A stretch of 64,000 nucleotides of DNA. It comes from Dehalococcoidia bacterium. GTDB lineage: Bacteria; Chloroflexota; Dehalococcoidia; Bin125. Shown piece by piece: positions 48,140 to 57,220 of the stretch. Under the pieces are notes generated by a model. That model worked only from the letters and a program-made list of their open reading frames with translations, made no database searches and was not told the DNA's origin. A program made the translations under genes and the position numbers. The stretch is from positions 273,119 to 337,118 of the forward strand of contig OZ251457.1 in the NCBI GenBank assembly GCA_965242565.1, given 5' to 3'. Position 1 is the stretch's first letter, and every line of letters starts with the position of its first letter.

Positions 48140-50686
48140 TTAGGGGTTGCGGAGGTGTTGGGGGAGGAGGTCGTCGGGGTAGGCGGCGCCGACGAGGCCT
48201 TTGCGTTTGAGGGCGGCGAGTTGGCGGGCGGTGTAGCCAAGCAGGCCGCGGTAGATTTCGTCGTTGTGTTCGCCGAGCAGGGGCGGCGGGAGGCGGAGGC
48301 TGTTGGGGGTGCGCTGCATCTGGATGGTGAGGCCGGGGTAGTCGTGGGTACCGACGCCGGACATGGTGAGTGGTTCGAAGAAGCCGATTTCGCGGAGGTG
48401 GGGGTCTTGCAGGGCTTCGACGGAGTCGAGCAGTGGAGCGGCGCAGACGCCGGCGGCTTGGAGGGCGTGGAAGAGCTCGTGTTTGTCCCAGGCGGCGGTG
48501 GCGGCGCTGATCAGGGCATCGAGCGCGTCGACGCCGCGGAGGCGTTGCTGCGCGGTTGCGAAGCGGGCGTCCTGCGGGGCGTGGCCGATGTCGGTCTCGT
48601 CGGAGCCGGCGTGGGTGGCGGCGAGCACATCGCAGAGGGCGACGAACTCGGCGTCGGTCGCTACGTCGATGGCGATCCACTGGTCGTCGCCGGCGCAGGG
48701 ATAGACGTTGTGCGGGGCGTGCCAGCGGTGGCGGTTGGCCTGGGAGGGCGGGTTGAGGCCGTTCATGGTGTAGTCGAAGAGGTATTCGGCGAGCGAGGGG
48801 ATGAAGCTCTCGTTGAGGGGCATTTCGATCAGTTGTCCCTCGCCGGTCGCTTCACGGCGGCGGAGAGCCATGAGGACGGCGACGGCGCCCTGGACGCCGG
48901 AGAGTCCGTCGCTGGCGAGGGTTTCGCCGATGCCGTCGGGGCCACGGTCCGGGTAGCCGCGGAGGTGGGTGTGGCCGACCATCGCCTCGACGTGCAGGCC
49001 GAAGGCGCGGTAGCTGCCGTAGGGGCCTTCGAGGCCGAAGGCGGGCATGCGGAGCATGATCAGGCGGGGGTTGACCTCGCGGAGTTCGTCCCAGCCGATG
49101 CGGGCGCGGTCGATGGTTTGGGGGACGTTGTTTTCGATCAGGACATCGCACTGCGCGATGAGTTTGAGGAAGGCTTCGCGGCCTTCGGGGGACATAATGT
49201 CGCAGGTCATGGAGCGCTTGTTGCGGGCGTGGGAGTTGAAGGAGGCGAAGCGATTCCAGGGGTCGTCGCCGAGTTCGGCGTCGGGGTACTGCGGCTGGAC
49301 GCCGCGCTGCGCGGCGCGCAGCATTTGCTCGCGGGTGGGGGCGTTTTCCGCACCGCGGGTGTAGGGCTGGATGCGGTTGACGGGTTCGACCTGGATGACG
49401 TCGGCGCCCCATTCGGCGAGCAGCTGGGCGACATGCGGGCCGGCCCAGACGACGGTGATGGCGGCGACGCGCAGGCCCTCGAGCGGGAGGGGGAGCGGAT
49501 CGCGTGGTCCGGCGGCGCGTGGTTCGGCGTCGAGCGGTGCGAGGTCGAGGACGGCGCGGGCGTGTTCGCCGAGGTGGGGGGCGCGGCGGGGCGGGTCGGG
49601 GGAGGCGGCGGAGAAACGGAAGGGGTGGCCGGGGTAGAGCAGGGGGGCACCGTGCCAGTGGGTGATTTCATGCCACCAGCCGCGGGCTTGCAGTTGTGGG
49701 TCGTTGAAGAGGTCGGCGGGGGTCATGACGGCGCCGGCGAGCAGGCCGAGCGACTGGGCTTCGGCAACGACGTCGAGTTTGGCGCGGTCGGCGAGGAAGT
49801 CGGCGACGGCCTGGTCAACCTGATCGCCGAAGCCGCTGACGGGGCCATCGGCTTCGTTGACGGCCTGGAGCAGGTCGGGGCGGTTGATCCATTCGAGCAG
49901 GCGGGGCAGGCGGAGGCCGGAGCCGACGATGCTGACGAAGCCATCGGCGCAGGGAAAGATGCCGAAACCGACCCAGCGGCTGCCGGGTCGGGCGCGGCCG
50001 GCGGCGACGCCGCTGTAGGCGGCGGCGGTGAGGTGGATGGTGCGGCGGTCGCGGCAGCCGGCCTGGCAGCGGTAGACGCTGATGTCGATCCAGTCGCCGG
50101 CGCTGCGGTCGTGTTCGGAGCGTCGCAGGGCGAGGAGGATGGCGAGTGCGGCGGTGGCGCCGGCATGGTAATGGGCGTAGTGCCCGGCGACTTTGAGCGG
50201 CTCGCGGTCGGCGGCGCCGGTGGCGTGGAGCGGTCCGCCGATGGCCTGGAGGGTGAGTTCGGAGCCGCGGTAGTCGCGGTAGGGGCCGGTTTGTCCGAAG
50301 GGGGTGATGGAGCAGAGCACGAGGCGTGGGTTGAGGGCGTGGAGGATGTCCCAGCCCCAGCCGGCGGCGGCGGCTTCGCCGGGCGCGCCGTCTTCGACGA
50401 CGGCGTGTACCTGGCGGGCGAGGCGTCGGACAGTGGTTGCGCCGTCGGGGGTGTGCGGATCGAGGACGATGGATTCCTTGTTGGTGTTGAGGTGGAGAAA
50501 GAGGCCGGAGGCTTCGATGTCGGGTTTGTCGTCGGGGAAGGGGCCGAACTGCCGCGAGGGGTCGCCGCCGCGGGGTTCGACTTTGATGACGCGCGCGCCG
50601 AAGTCGGCGAGCAGCTTGGTCGCGTAGGGACCCGCGACATTGCGGGAGAGGTCGAGGATGGTGAGTCCGTCGAGTGGGCCGGCCAT
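48140..50686 (-). CDS. CaiB/BaiF family III CoA transferase, two fused domains
   Basis: AGPYATKLLADFGARVIKVE and WAGPHVAQLLAEWGADVIQVE; PHLGEH / PLLGEH ends. Confidence 0.92.
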   Translation of the reverse strand: MAGPLDGLTILDLSRNVAGPYATKLLADFGARVIKVEPRGGDPSRQFGPFPDDKPDIEASGLFLHLNTNKESIVLDPHTPDGATTVRRLARQVHAVVEDGAPGEAAAAGWGWDILHALNPRLVLCSITPFGQTGPYRDYRGSELTLQAIGGPLHATGAADREPLKVAGHYAHYHAGATAALAILLALRRSEHDRSAGDWIDISVYRCQAGCRDRRTIHLTAAAYSGVAAGRARPGSRWVGFGIFPCADGFVSIVGSGLRLPRLLEWINRPDLLQAVNEADGPVSGFGDQVDQAVADFLADRAKLDVVAEAQSLGLLAGAVMTPADLFNDPQLQARGWWHEITHWHGAPLLYPGHPFRFSAASPDPPRRAPHLGEHARAVLDLAPLDAEPRAAGPRDPLPLPLEGLRVAAITVVWAGPHVAQLLAEWGADVIQVEPVNRIQPYTRGAENAPTREQMLRAAQRGVQPQYPDAELGDDPWNRFASFNSHARNKRSMTCDIMSPEGREAFLKLIAQCDVLIENNVPQTIDRARIGWDELREVNPRLIMLRMPAFGLEGPYGSYRAFGLHVEAMVGHTHLRGYPDRGPDGIGETLASDGLSGVQGAVAVLMALRRREATGEGQLIEMPLNESFIPSLAEYLFDYTMNGLNPPSQANRHRWHAPHNVYPCAGDDQWIAIDVATDAEFVALCDVLAATHAGSDETDIGHAPQDARFATAQQRLRGVDALDALISAATAAWDKHELFHALQAAGVCAAPLLDSVEALQDPHLREIGFFEPLTMSGVGTHDYPGLTIQMQRTPNSLRLPPPLLGEHNDEIYRGLLGYTARQLAALKRKGLVGAAYPDDLLPQHLRNP

Positions 50687-50855
50687 GGCGGCTCCCGGCA
50701 GGATTTTGGGGTCGCGTTGCATGGTAGCCCTGCGACGCAACTGTTTTCGCCGGTCGTGCGGCGGTCTATCTGGTCGGGTCGGCCAGGGCTGGTCAGGTTT
50801 GGTCGGATTTGTTCGGGTTTGGTCGGCTCTGTTCAGGTCTGGTCGGGGTGCGGGC

Positions 50856-52604
50856 TTACTCCAGTTCGATGACTTCGACGGTTGCGCCGGCGTTGAGGAG
50901 GATGTCTTCGAGCCGGTCGGCATCGGGTTCGCTGAGGCCGGCTTGGACGGTGACGGGGGCGCGTTCGACGAGTCGCTTGGCGGTGAGCAGGGGGATGTGG
51001 AGGGTGGAATGGACGGCGTCGACCACGGCGAGGCGGTTGGTTCCGTAGTCCTCGAGGATGACTTTGAAGCCGGCGGGTTCGTCTTCTTCTTCGTCGTCGA
51101 AGGGCGGCTCGATGGCCGGCTCAACGGCAGGTGCGACGGCTTCGGGGATTGGCGCGGGCGCCGGTGCGGGAGCTGCGAGGCCGGGTGCGACGGGAGCTGC
51201 GAGGCCGGGTGCGGCAGCGGGCGCGATCCCAGGTGCGGCGGCGGGCGCAGCGCCGGGCAGGGCGAAGTCGCCGAGGATGGAGGAGATGTCGAAGTCGTCG
51301 ACGGCGATCGGCATGTAGCGGCGGGGGAGTTGGTAGCTGAAGGCGCCGACGTCGCGTTCGAGGTCGAAGGTGTCGACCCAGTCTTCGCTGCGGTAGAGGC
51401 CGCTCATTTCGTCGATGAAGCCGATCACGCCGAAGCGTCGGTGGAAGAGGCCGTGTTGGCGGAGTTCCTGCATGTGCTGGAGGTAGCCGCCGTCGTTGCT
51501 GACGATGAGCACATCGCACTCGCGGTCGCGCAGGCCAGAGAGGGCATGGTGGATCGCCTCGTCGACGACGGGGCGTCGGCGGCCGGTCGCGTCGACCTGG
51601 GACTGGAGGAGGACGGGTCGGAAGCCTTCTTCGCCGTCGAGGTAGACGGCGAAGCCGGTGATGGCGTCGTTGTGCTGGAGGAAGGAAATGAATTGGGTGT
51701 TGCCACCGGCGGCGCGCTGCTCGACGAAGCGGCGGAGTTCGCTCCAGCGAGGGCGGGTTTCGGCGTTGAGGCGTTCGGGGCCGATCAGGTTGCCGAGCGA
51801 CCAGTCGATGTTTTCGTGGTCGATCAGGACAAGGATGTTGCGCGGGCCGGCGGGCGCGTCCGGCGGCGGAGCGTAGGGCGGTGGCGCTTGCGGAGCGGGC
51901 GGAGCGGTGAAGTCCGGGGTGGCATCAATGGCCTGGCGGAGTTGTCTGCCGAAGGGTGATTCGAGGGAGACGGCGGGCGGCGGCGGTGGAGGCGGTTGCG
52001 GCGCGGTCTGCGGCTGGGTGGCCTGGAGGTAGCCCTCCGGGTAGCGAGTGCGCTCGTCGGACTCGTGGTAGACGTGGGGGGGGACGGCTTCGACATCGGT
52101 GACGAGGTCGAGGGTTTCCAGTTCGGTGCCGATGAAGTCGGTGCGGCGGTCGAAGTGGGCGACGCGGAGTTTGCGTCGGGAGCCGTCGGGTCGGATGCGG
52201 AGGTTGAGGAGGGCGACGGTGATTTCGCCGGCGTAGCTGTCTCCGCCGACGTAGAGCACGTCGTTGTCGGTGTTGCGGAGGTTCTGGAGCTCGTTGACGA
52301 TGTTGCGCTTGACGATGCGCCAGGAGTCGATTTCGTTGTAGTCGGTGAGGACGAGCTCATAGCCGAAGCGTTCGAGGGCGTTGTAGAAGGCGGTGGAGGG
52401 CTGGCGGCGCTGAAAGTAGCGCGCGGTGACGTAGTAGCCGCCGGTGCGCATGCTGGCGGCGTAGCGCTTGAGTTCTTCAAAGTCGGTGCGGTCGCCGCTG
52501 GTGGGGGGGCGTCCGAGCACGTCCTTGAAGGCGCGGTAGAGGTAGTCGCCGTCGACGACGAGGATGAGAGAGTTGGTGTCTTGGGATTCGTCGGGGGTGG
52601 TCAA
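50856..52604 (-). CDS. Tandem NYN (PIN-like, LabA/DUF88) domains fused to a ribosomal bL12 (L7/L12) C-terminal domain
   Basis: LVVDGDYL; LIDHENID..VVDEAI..VSNDG; Ala/Pro linker; FKVILEDYGTNRLAVVDAVHSTLHIPLLTAKRLVERAP..AGATVEV. Confidence 0.85.
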   Translation of the reverse strand: MTTPDESQDTNSLILVVDGDYLYRAFKDVLGRPPTSGDRTDFEELKRYAASMRTGGYYVTARYFQRRQPSTAFYNALERFGYELVLTDYNEIDSWRIVKRNIVNELQNLRNTDNDVLYVGGDSYAGEITVALLNLRIRPDGSRRKLRVAHFDRRTDFIGTELETLDLVTDVEAVPPHVYHESDERTRYPEGYLQATQPQTAPQPPPPPPPAVSLESPFGRQLRQAIDATPDFTAPPAPQAPPPYAPPPDAPAGPRNILVLIDHENIDWSLGNLIGPERLNAETRPRWSELRRFVEQRAAGGNTQFISFLQHNDAITGFAVYLDGEEGFRPVLLQSQVDATGRRRPVVDEAIHHALSGLRDRECDVLIVSNDGGYLQHMQELRQHGLFHRRFGVIGFIDEMSGLYRSEDWVDTFDLERDVGAFSYQLPRRYMPIAVDDFDISSILGDFALPGAAPAAAPGIAPAAAPGLAAPVAPGLAAPAPAPAPIPEAVAPAVEPAIEPPFDDEEEDEPAGFKVILEDYGTNRLAVVDAVHSTLHIPLLTAKRLVERAPVTVQAGLSEPDADRLEDILLNAGATVEVIELE

Positions 52605-52706
52605 GGCGCGTTCCTTTGTAGGAGGAGATCGGAGTTTCTTGCGTACGGTCCGTGGTCAACGCTCGGGTCAGGCTCTGTGCGGTGCTCATGCGGCGCTCAG
52701 AGGCTA

Positions 52707-54281
52707 TCACGGCGGCCTGGCATGGTGCGACGTTGGGTGGCGGGAATTGGTCGTGCTCGGCCAGGTCTTTTGGCCGAGCGGGACGGCGATGAGGGGATCG
52801 ACCGAGGCAGGCAAACGGATGTTGGGCAGGGCGGACGCCGCACCGAAAACGTCGAGCGATGATGCAGGGTCGTAGTCGTCCACGGTGGTGACGGTGACGG
52901 GCGTGCTGCGGTTGGGAAGCCGATAGTCGAAGGCGTGTATGTCGCGTTCGAGGTCGATTCGATCGATCCAATGCGTCGAGTAGCGCGCGTTCATCAGCTC
53001 GACGAAACCAACGACGCCGATGCGACGGTCCGGATCCGACTCATGCAATGCTTCGAGATCGTCGTAGTAGTCGCCGTCGTGGCTGACGAGCAGGATGTCG
53101 ACGCTGCGGTCGCGGATGGCGGCGAGGTTCTTGCAGATGGCTTCGTCGACGACCGAGCGTTGGCGGTACGGTTCGTCGGGGCGGGATTCGCGTTGGAGGA
53201 GAACGGCTTCGAATCCGATGCTGCGGAGGTAGCCGGCGAAGCCTTTTTCCCTTTCGCCATCTTGGAGGAACGCCTTGATCACGAACGGCCCGTCGTCCGC
53301 GCGTTGTTCGACGAACTCGCGCAGCTTGTTCCAGTCCGGGCGCGTTTGTCGATTGAGCGACTTCGGCCGAATGATCTCGATTAGGGCTCCGTCGATGTTC
53401 TCGTGGTCGATCAGAACCAGCAGGCCGCGCGATTTCGCCGGTGGGGCGCTATCAGTATCGCGCGCCTGGGGCGGTTGGGGTTTTGGCTCGGGTTCGGACG
53501 GAGCCTCGTCGGTGGGTGGATGTTCGTCCGCGTCGCCGTCGCCAGGGCGGAAGCCTTGATTCGCTTCCAGGTAACCAAGCGGGTACGGAGAGGGTGCAGG
53601 TTGGGCGGAGGCTTCATTTTGCGATTGGGAGTCCGATGCGGATTCGCGGGCTGCGTGAAGTGCGGCGCCGAGTGCAGTTTCGTTTTCGTCGGCGTCCTGG
53701 TCGATCGATCGGCTATTGCTCGCGCGGTGGGCGGCGACATCGGCCTCGGCGTAGATATGCGCAGGAGCTGCGTTGATGTCGTCGACGATATCGAGCAGGC
53801 GGAAATCGTCGTTCTCGAAATTGGTGCGGGGCTTGAAGTGGGCGATGGTTATGCTGCGCGGCGAGCCGTCGGGTCGCTTGCGTAGATTGTTCAGAGCCGC
53901 CGTGAGCTTGCCGTTGTAGCTGTAGCCGCCGACGTAGAGGATGTCATGATCGGTTGTGCGCAATGAATCGAGTTCTGCGATGATGTTGTCCCTGGTCGGC
54001 CGGTGCGAGTCGTGGTCGCCGTCGCCGTTGAGGGTGAGATCGTAGCGCAGGCTCTCGAGCCTGTTGTAGAACGAGTCGGCCTGGGGTTGGCGGCGGTCGA
54101 AGTAGCGAGCGTCTACGAGATAGCGGTCGGAGCGCATGGACGCGGCGCGGCGCTTGAGCTGATCCAGGTCGACGCGTTCGTCGGTCGCCGGAGGGCGGCC
54201 CAATACATCGCGGAGCGCGTAGAAGAGATAGCCGCCGTCGACGATTAAGGCGAGGCGTTGAGTTGCGCTTGATTCTGTCAT
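52707..54281 (-). CDS. Tandem NYN-domain protein (paralog without bL12 domain)
   Basis: LIVDGGYL; LIDHENID..VVDEAI..VSHDGDY..DLERDIHAF. Confidence 0.85.
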   Translation of the reverse strand: MTESSATQRLALIVDGGYLFYALRDVLGRPPATDERVDLDQLKRRAASMRSDRYLVDARYFDRRQPQADSFYNRLESLRYDLTLNGDGDHDSHRPTRDNIIAELDSLRTTDHDILYVGGYSYNGKLTAALNNLRKRPDGSPRSITIAHFKPRTNFENDDFRLLDIVDDINAAPAHIYAEADVAAHRASNSRSIDQDADENETALGAALHAARESASDSQSQNEASAQPAPSPYPLGYLEANQGFRPGDGDADEHPPTDEAPSEPEPKPQPPQARDTDSAPPAKSRGLLVLIDHENIDGALIEIIRPKSLNRQTRPDWNKLREFVEQRADDGPFVIKAFLQDGEREKGFAGYLRSIGFEAVLLQRESRPDEPYRQRSVVDEAICKNLAAIRDRSVDILLVSHDGDYYDDLEALHESDPDRRIGVVGFVELMNARYSTHWIDRIDLERDIHAFDYRLPNRSTPVTVTTVDDYDPASSLDVFGAASALPNIRLPASVDPLIAVPLGQKTWPSTTNSRHPTSHHARPP

Positions 54282-54438
54282 CGCGTTCTCCGGTTGATAT
54301 CGAAACGCTGGACATTCAGTTGGGTCGGCGGGTCTTCCCGCTCAGCGCGCTGCGGAGCTTTTTTCGCCGACGCTGGCAGCGTACGGATGAGTCCGTGCGT
54401 TTGCAAGCGCGAGCTGATTGGCTGGACGGTTGTGGGCT

Positions 54439-57072
54439 TCATGTCGTGCGGGCCTGGACTGTCACGGGGCCGCCGGCGGCGCCGAGGAGGCGCTGGGGCG
54501 CGCCCTGGTTGTGGAGGATGGGGAGCCAGACGGCGCCGGGAGGGACATCTTCGCTGATTTCGGCCTGGGCGGTGAGTTCTGCGCCGCCGCCTGTGGTTGC
54601 GCTGATTCTGACCGACGCGCCTGCGGTGATGCCTCGTTCAGCGGCGTCGGCGGGGTGGAGTTGGACGGTGTCGGCGCGGTGCAGGAGGTCGGCGTCGGCC
54701 GCGCCACGGGCCGCCGAGAGCCGGTCGGTGTAGAGGTCGCGGCCGGTCAGCAGCGTGAGGCCGTCGCCGCTCGCGCCCACCGCCTCGACCGGCAGGAGGC
54801 GCTGGGTGGCCGCGCCGTTGGTCGGCTGGCGCGACTGCGTCGCCGCCGCCCCCGGACCGGTCAGGGCCGAGTAGCGCGCATCATGCGCGGCGATGGCGGC
54901 GCGGGCTTCGGCGGCGTTCTGCGGCATTTGGGGAGCGGGGATCACGGTCGGCTCGGCGTCCTCGTCCTCGGCGGCGATGGTGATGTCCATCGCGGGCAGG
55001 CCGGCCGCGAGCAGCGTCAGCCAGTCGGCCAGGCCGCGCCCGTTGCGCTGCGCCTCGGCGGCGGCGCGCAGGCGCAGAATCTGGCGGTCGGCGTTGGTGA
55101 TGTGCCCGTCCTTGCCGAAGGCGGAGATGTCGGGCAGCACGTGGGTGGCGAGTTCGACGGTTTGAGTGCGGACCTCGTCGATCACGACCAGCAGGTCCAG
55201 CGCTTCGAGCGCCGCGCGCGTGGCGTCCTGATCGGGGTGGAGCAGCATCGGGTTGTCGCGGGCGACGAGCAGCGCCTTCAGCTCGCCGGCGCGGGCGGCT
55301 TCGAGCATTTGGGCGACGCCGAGCCCGCCCTCGCCGGGCGCAATGCCGAGGTCGCGCAGACCCACGCTGTTGGCTTCGGGCGGCAGCACGTGAAGCGCCG
55401 CGGGCGCAGCCTCGGGCCCGGCCAGGATCACGGCGAGGTTGGCGGCGGCGCGCACCTGCGCAGCTGCCTGCGCGGCGTTGGCGCGGGAGGGCGCGACGAC
55501 GATCGCGGCGGCTCCGCCGCGGCGGCGGGCGAGCGTGGCGACGGCGTCGTCGAGTTCGTTGCGAGTGGCGGCGGTCACGTCGGAGAGGCCGTCGAGCTCG
55601 GAGAGCGAGGCGCGGATGTCCATGTCGCGCAGCAGCCCGGCGGCGAGCGCCTGCGCCACGCCGGCGAGATCGCCGTCGGACGGGTGGACGGCGTGCCGCT
55701 CATCGACGGCGTAGTCGGCGAGCGGGTTGCGGCGCGCGGAGATGCTGACGAGCGCCGCGCCGTTGTTGGCCACGGCATCCTTAATCCGCACGCCGAGCAC
55801 GTTGTTGGAGGCGGAGATGTCGTCGCCGATAGCCACGATCAGATCCGCCGACTCAACCGACGTGAGGCGCGAGGGCAGGTGCTCGGAGCCGAAAGCGTCG
55901 CGCAGTGCGTCGCCGATCGCGGCGGTGACGGGGCCGAGCGAGGAGTCGAGGTTGCGCACGCCGAGCCGCCGGGCGAGCGCGCGGAGGGCGAACAGCTCTT
56001 CCGTAGGGGATTGTCCGGAGCCGAGGATGCCGACGGCGGCCGGGCCGTGCTCGGCGAGGACGGCCCCGAGCTTGCTTGCGGCATCGGCGGCGACCGCTGC
56101 GCCGTCCTGCTCGAAGGCGTCTTCGCCGCGCCCGATCGAGGCGGCGCGCAGGCGGTCCTTGTCGCGCGTCTGGTCGTAGCCGAAGCGTCCGCGCACGCAA
56201 ATCTGGCTGCGCGAGACATCGTTGCCGTTGCCCGGCCGCACCTGCACGCCGCGCCCGTCGCGGACGCCCATCTGGATCGTGCAGCCCATCGAGCACTCCG
56301 TGCAGGTGGTCGTGACCCACTTGTCGGGCCGCGCCACCCACTTGTTGGGCGCTTCCATCAGCGTGGCGGTGGGGCAGACATCGACGCACGCGCCGCAGAA
56401 GTCGCAGTTGGACTCGTCGATCTGCCCGCCCGCGCCGAAGGCGATCCGGGTGGTGAAGCCGCGCCCGGCCAGCGTGATCGCGGTCGTGTGGCGCAGGTCG
56501 TCGCAGGCCCGCACGCAGCGGGTGCAGATGATGCACATCTGCGGGTCGAACTCGAAGAAGGGGTTGGCGCGGTCCGGTTCGGGCTGCTGGTGGCGGTAGT
56601 AGGTGCGCGCCTCGTCGATGTAGGGCTCGACGTTGGCGCGCCCCACATCGGCGGCGTCGCAGGTGGTCTGGAGCTCGCAGCGGTAGTTCTTCGAGCAGGT
56701 CACGCAGCGGTGCGTGACCTCGTTGTCGCGCAGGCAGATTTCGCCGGTGCGGCAGTGCTCGACACGGTGGCAGGTGAGGCAGCGGTCGGAGTGGTTGGCC
56801 AGGATCACGGCCAGCACTTCCTGGCGCATCTCGGTCACGGCCGGGGTGTCGGTGCGGACCACCATGCCGTCACTCACCTGGGTGGTGCAGGAGAGCGGAA
56901 GGCCGCGCATGCCCTCGATCTCGACCGCGCAGGTGCGGCAGCCGGCGTAGGCGGGCAGCCCGTCCAGGTAGCAGAGGTTGGAGATGGGGAAACCGGCGTT
57001 CTTGATGACTTCGACGAGCGGCGCGCGCTCAGGCGCGTCGACGGCGACGCCGTTGATGGTGATCCGTGCCAT
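54439..57072 (-). CDS. NuoG / formate dehydrogenase alpha-like Fe-S and molybdopterin-fold oxidoreductase subunit
   Basis: 2Fe-2S (C..GCRTC), H...C..C, CIICTRCVRAC, CDFCGACVDVCP, CTECSMGC..ICVRG, C-terminal molydop-binding domain. Confidence 0.88.
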   Translation of the reverse strand: MARITINGVAVDAPERAPLVEVIKNAGFPISNLCYLDGLPAYAGCRTCAVEIEGMRGLPLSCTTQVSDGMVVRTDTPAVTEMRQEVLAVILANHSDRCLTCHRVEHCRTGEICLRDNEVTHRCVTCSKNYRCELQTTCDAADVGRANVEPYIDEARTYYRHQQPEPDRANPFFEFDPQMCIICTRCVRACDDLRHTTAITLAGRGFTTRIAFGAGGQIDESNCDFCGACVDVCPTATLMEAPNKWVARPDKWVTTTCTECSMGCTIQMGVRDGRGVQVRPGNGNDVSRSQICVRGRFGYDQTRDKDRLRAASIGRGEDAFEQDGAAVAADAASKLGAVLAEHGPAAVGILGSGQSPTEELFALRALARRLGVRNLDSSLGPVTAAIGDALRDAFGSEHLPSRLTSVESADLIVAIGDDISASNNVLGVRIKDAVANNGAALVSISARRNPLADYAVDERHAVHPSDGDLAGVAQALAAGLLRDMDIRASLSELDGLSDVTAATRNELDDAVATLARRRGGAAAIVVAPSRANAAQAAAQVRAAANLAVILAGPEAAPAALHVLPPEANSVGLRDLGIAPGEGGLGVAQMLEAARAGELKALLVARDNPMLLHPDQDATRAALEALDLLVVIDEVRTQTVELATHVLPDISAFGKDGHITNADRQILRLRAAAEAQRNGRGLADWLTLLAAGLPAMDITIAAEDEDAEPTVIPAPQMPQNAAEARAAIAAHDARYSALTGPGAAATQSRQPTNGAATQRLLPVEAVGASGDGLTLLTGRDLYTDRLSAARGAADADLLHRADTVQLHPADAAERGITAGASVRISATTGGGAELTAQAEISEDVPPGAVWLPILHNQGAPQRLLGAAGGPVTVQARTT

Positions 57073-57220
57073 CGTGGTCCTTCCGTTGCGGAGGGCGGCT
57101 TTGGCTTTGGGCGCAGTCTAGCAGCGCATCGGTTGAGGCATGGAAGGCATGGGTTGACTTGTGCCCGAAGACCACTTACCTTTGCCCGACCGAGAGGTGA
57201 GGGAGAGGAAGGTCGCGGCG

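Noticed and set aside
50856-51070. Genuine rplL (L7/L12) gene
   Set aside because: No N-terminal dimerisation domain, no separate start, no rplJ/rpoB context; in frame with the NYN domains.
48140-51124. 994-aa CoA transferase with a long N-terminal extension
   Set aside because: The extension overlaps the NYN-bL12 gene out of frame and crosses a repeat; the family start MAGPLDGL is at 50686.
54439-57072. Selenocysteine formate dehydrogenase
   Set aside because: No in-frame UGA and no Cys at the expected Mo-ligand position.
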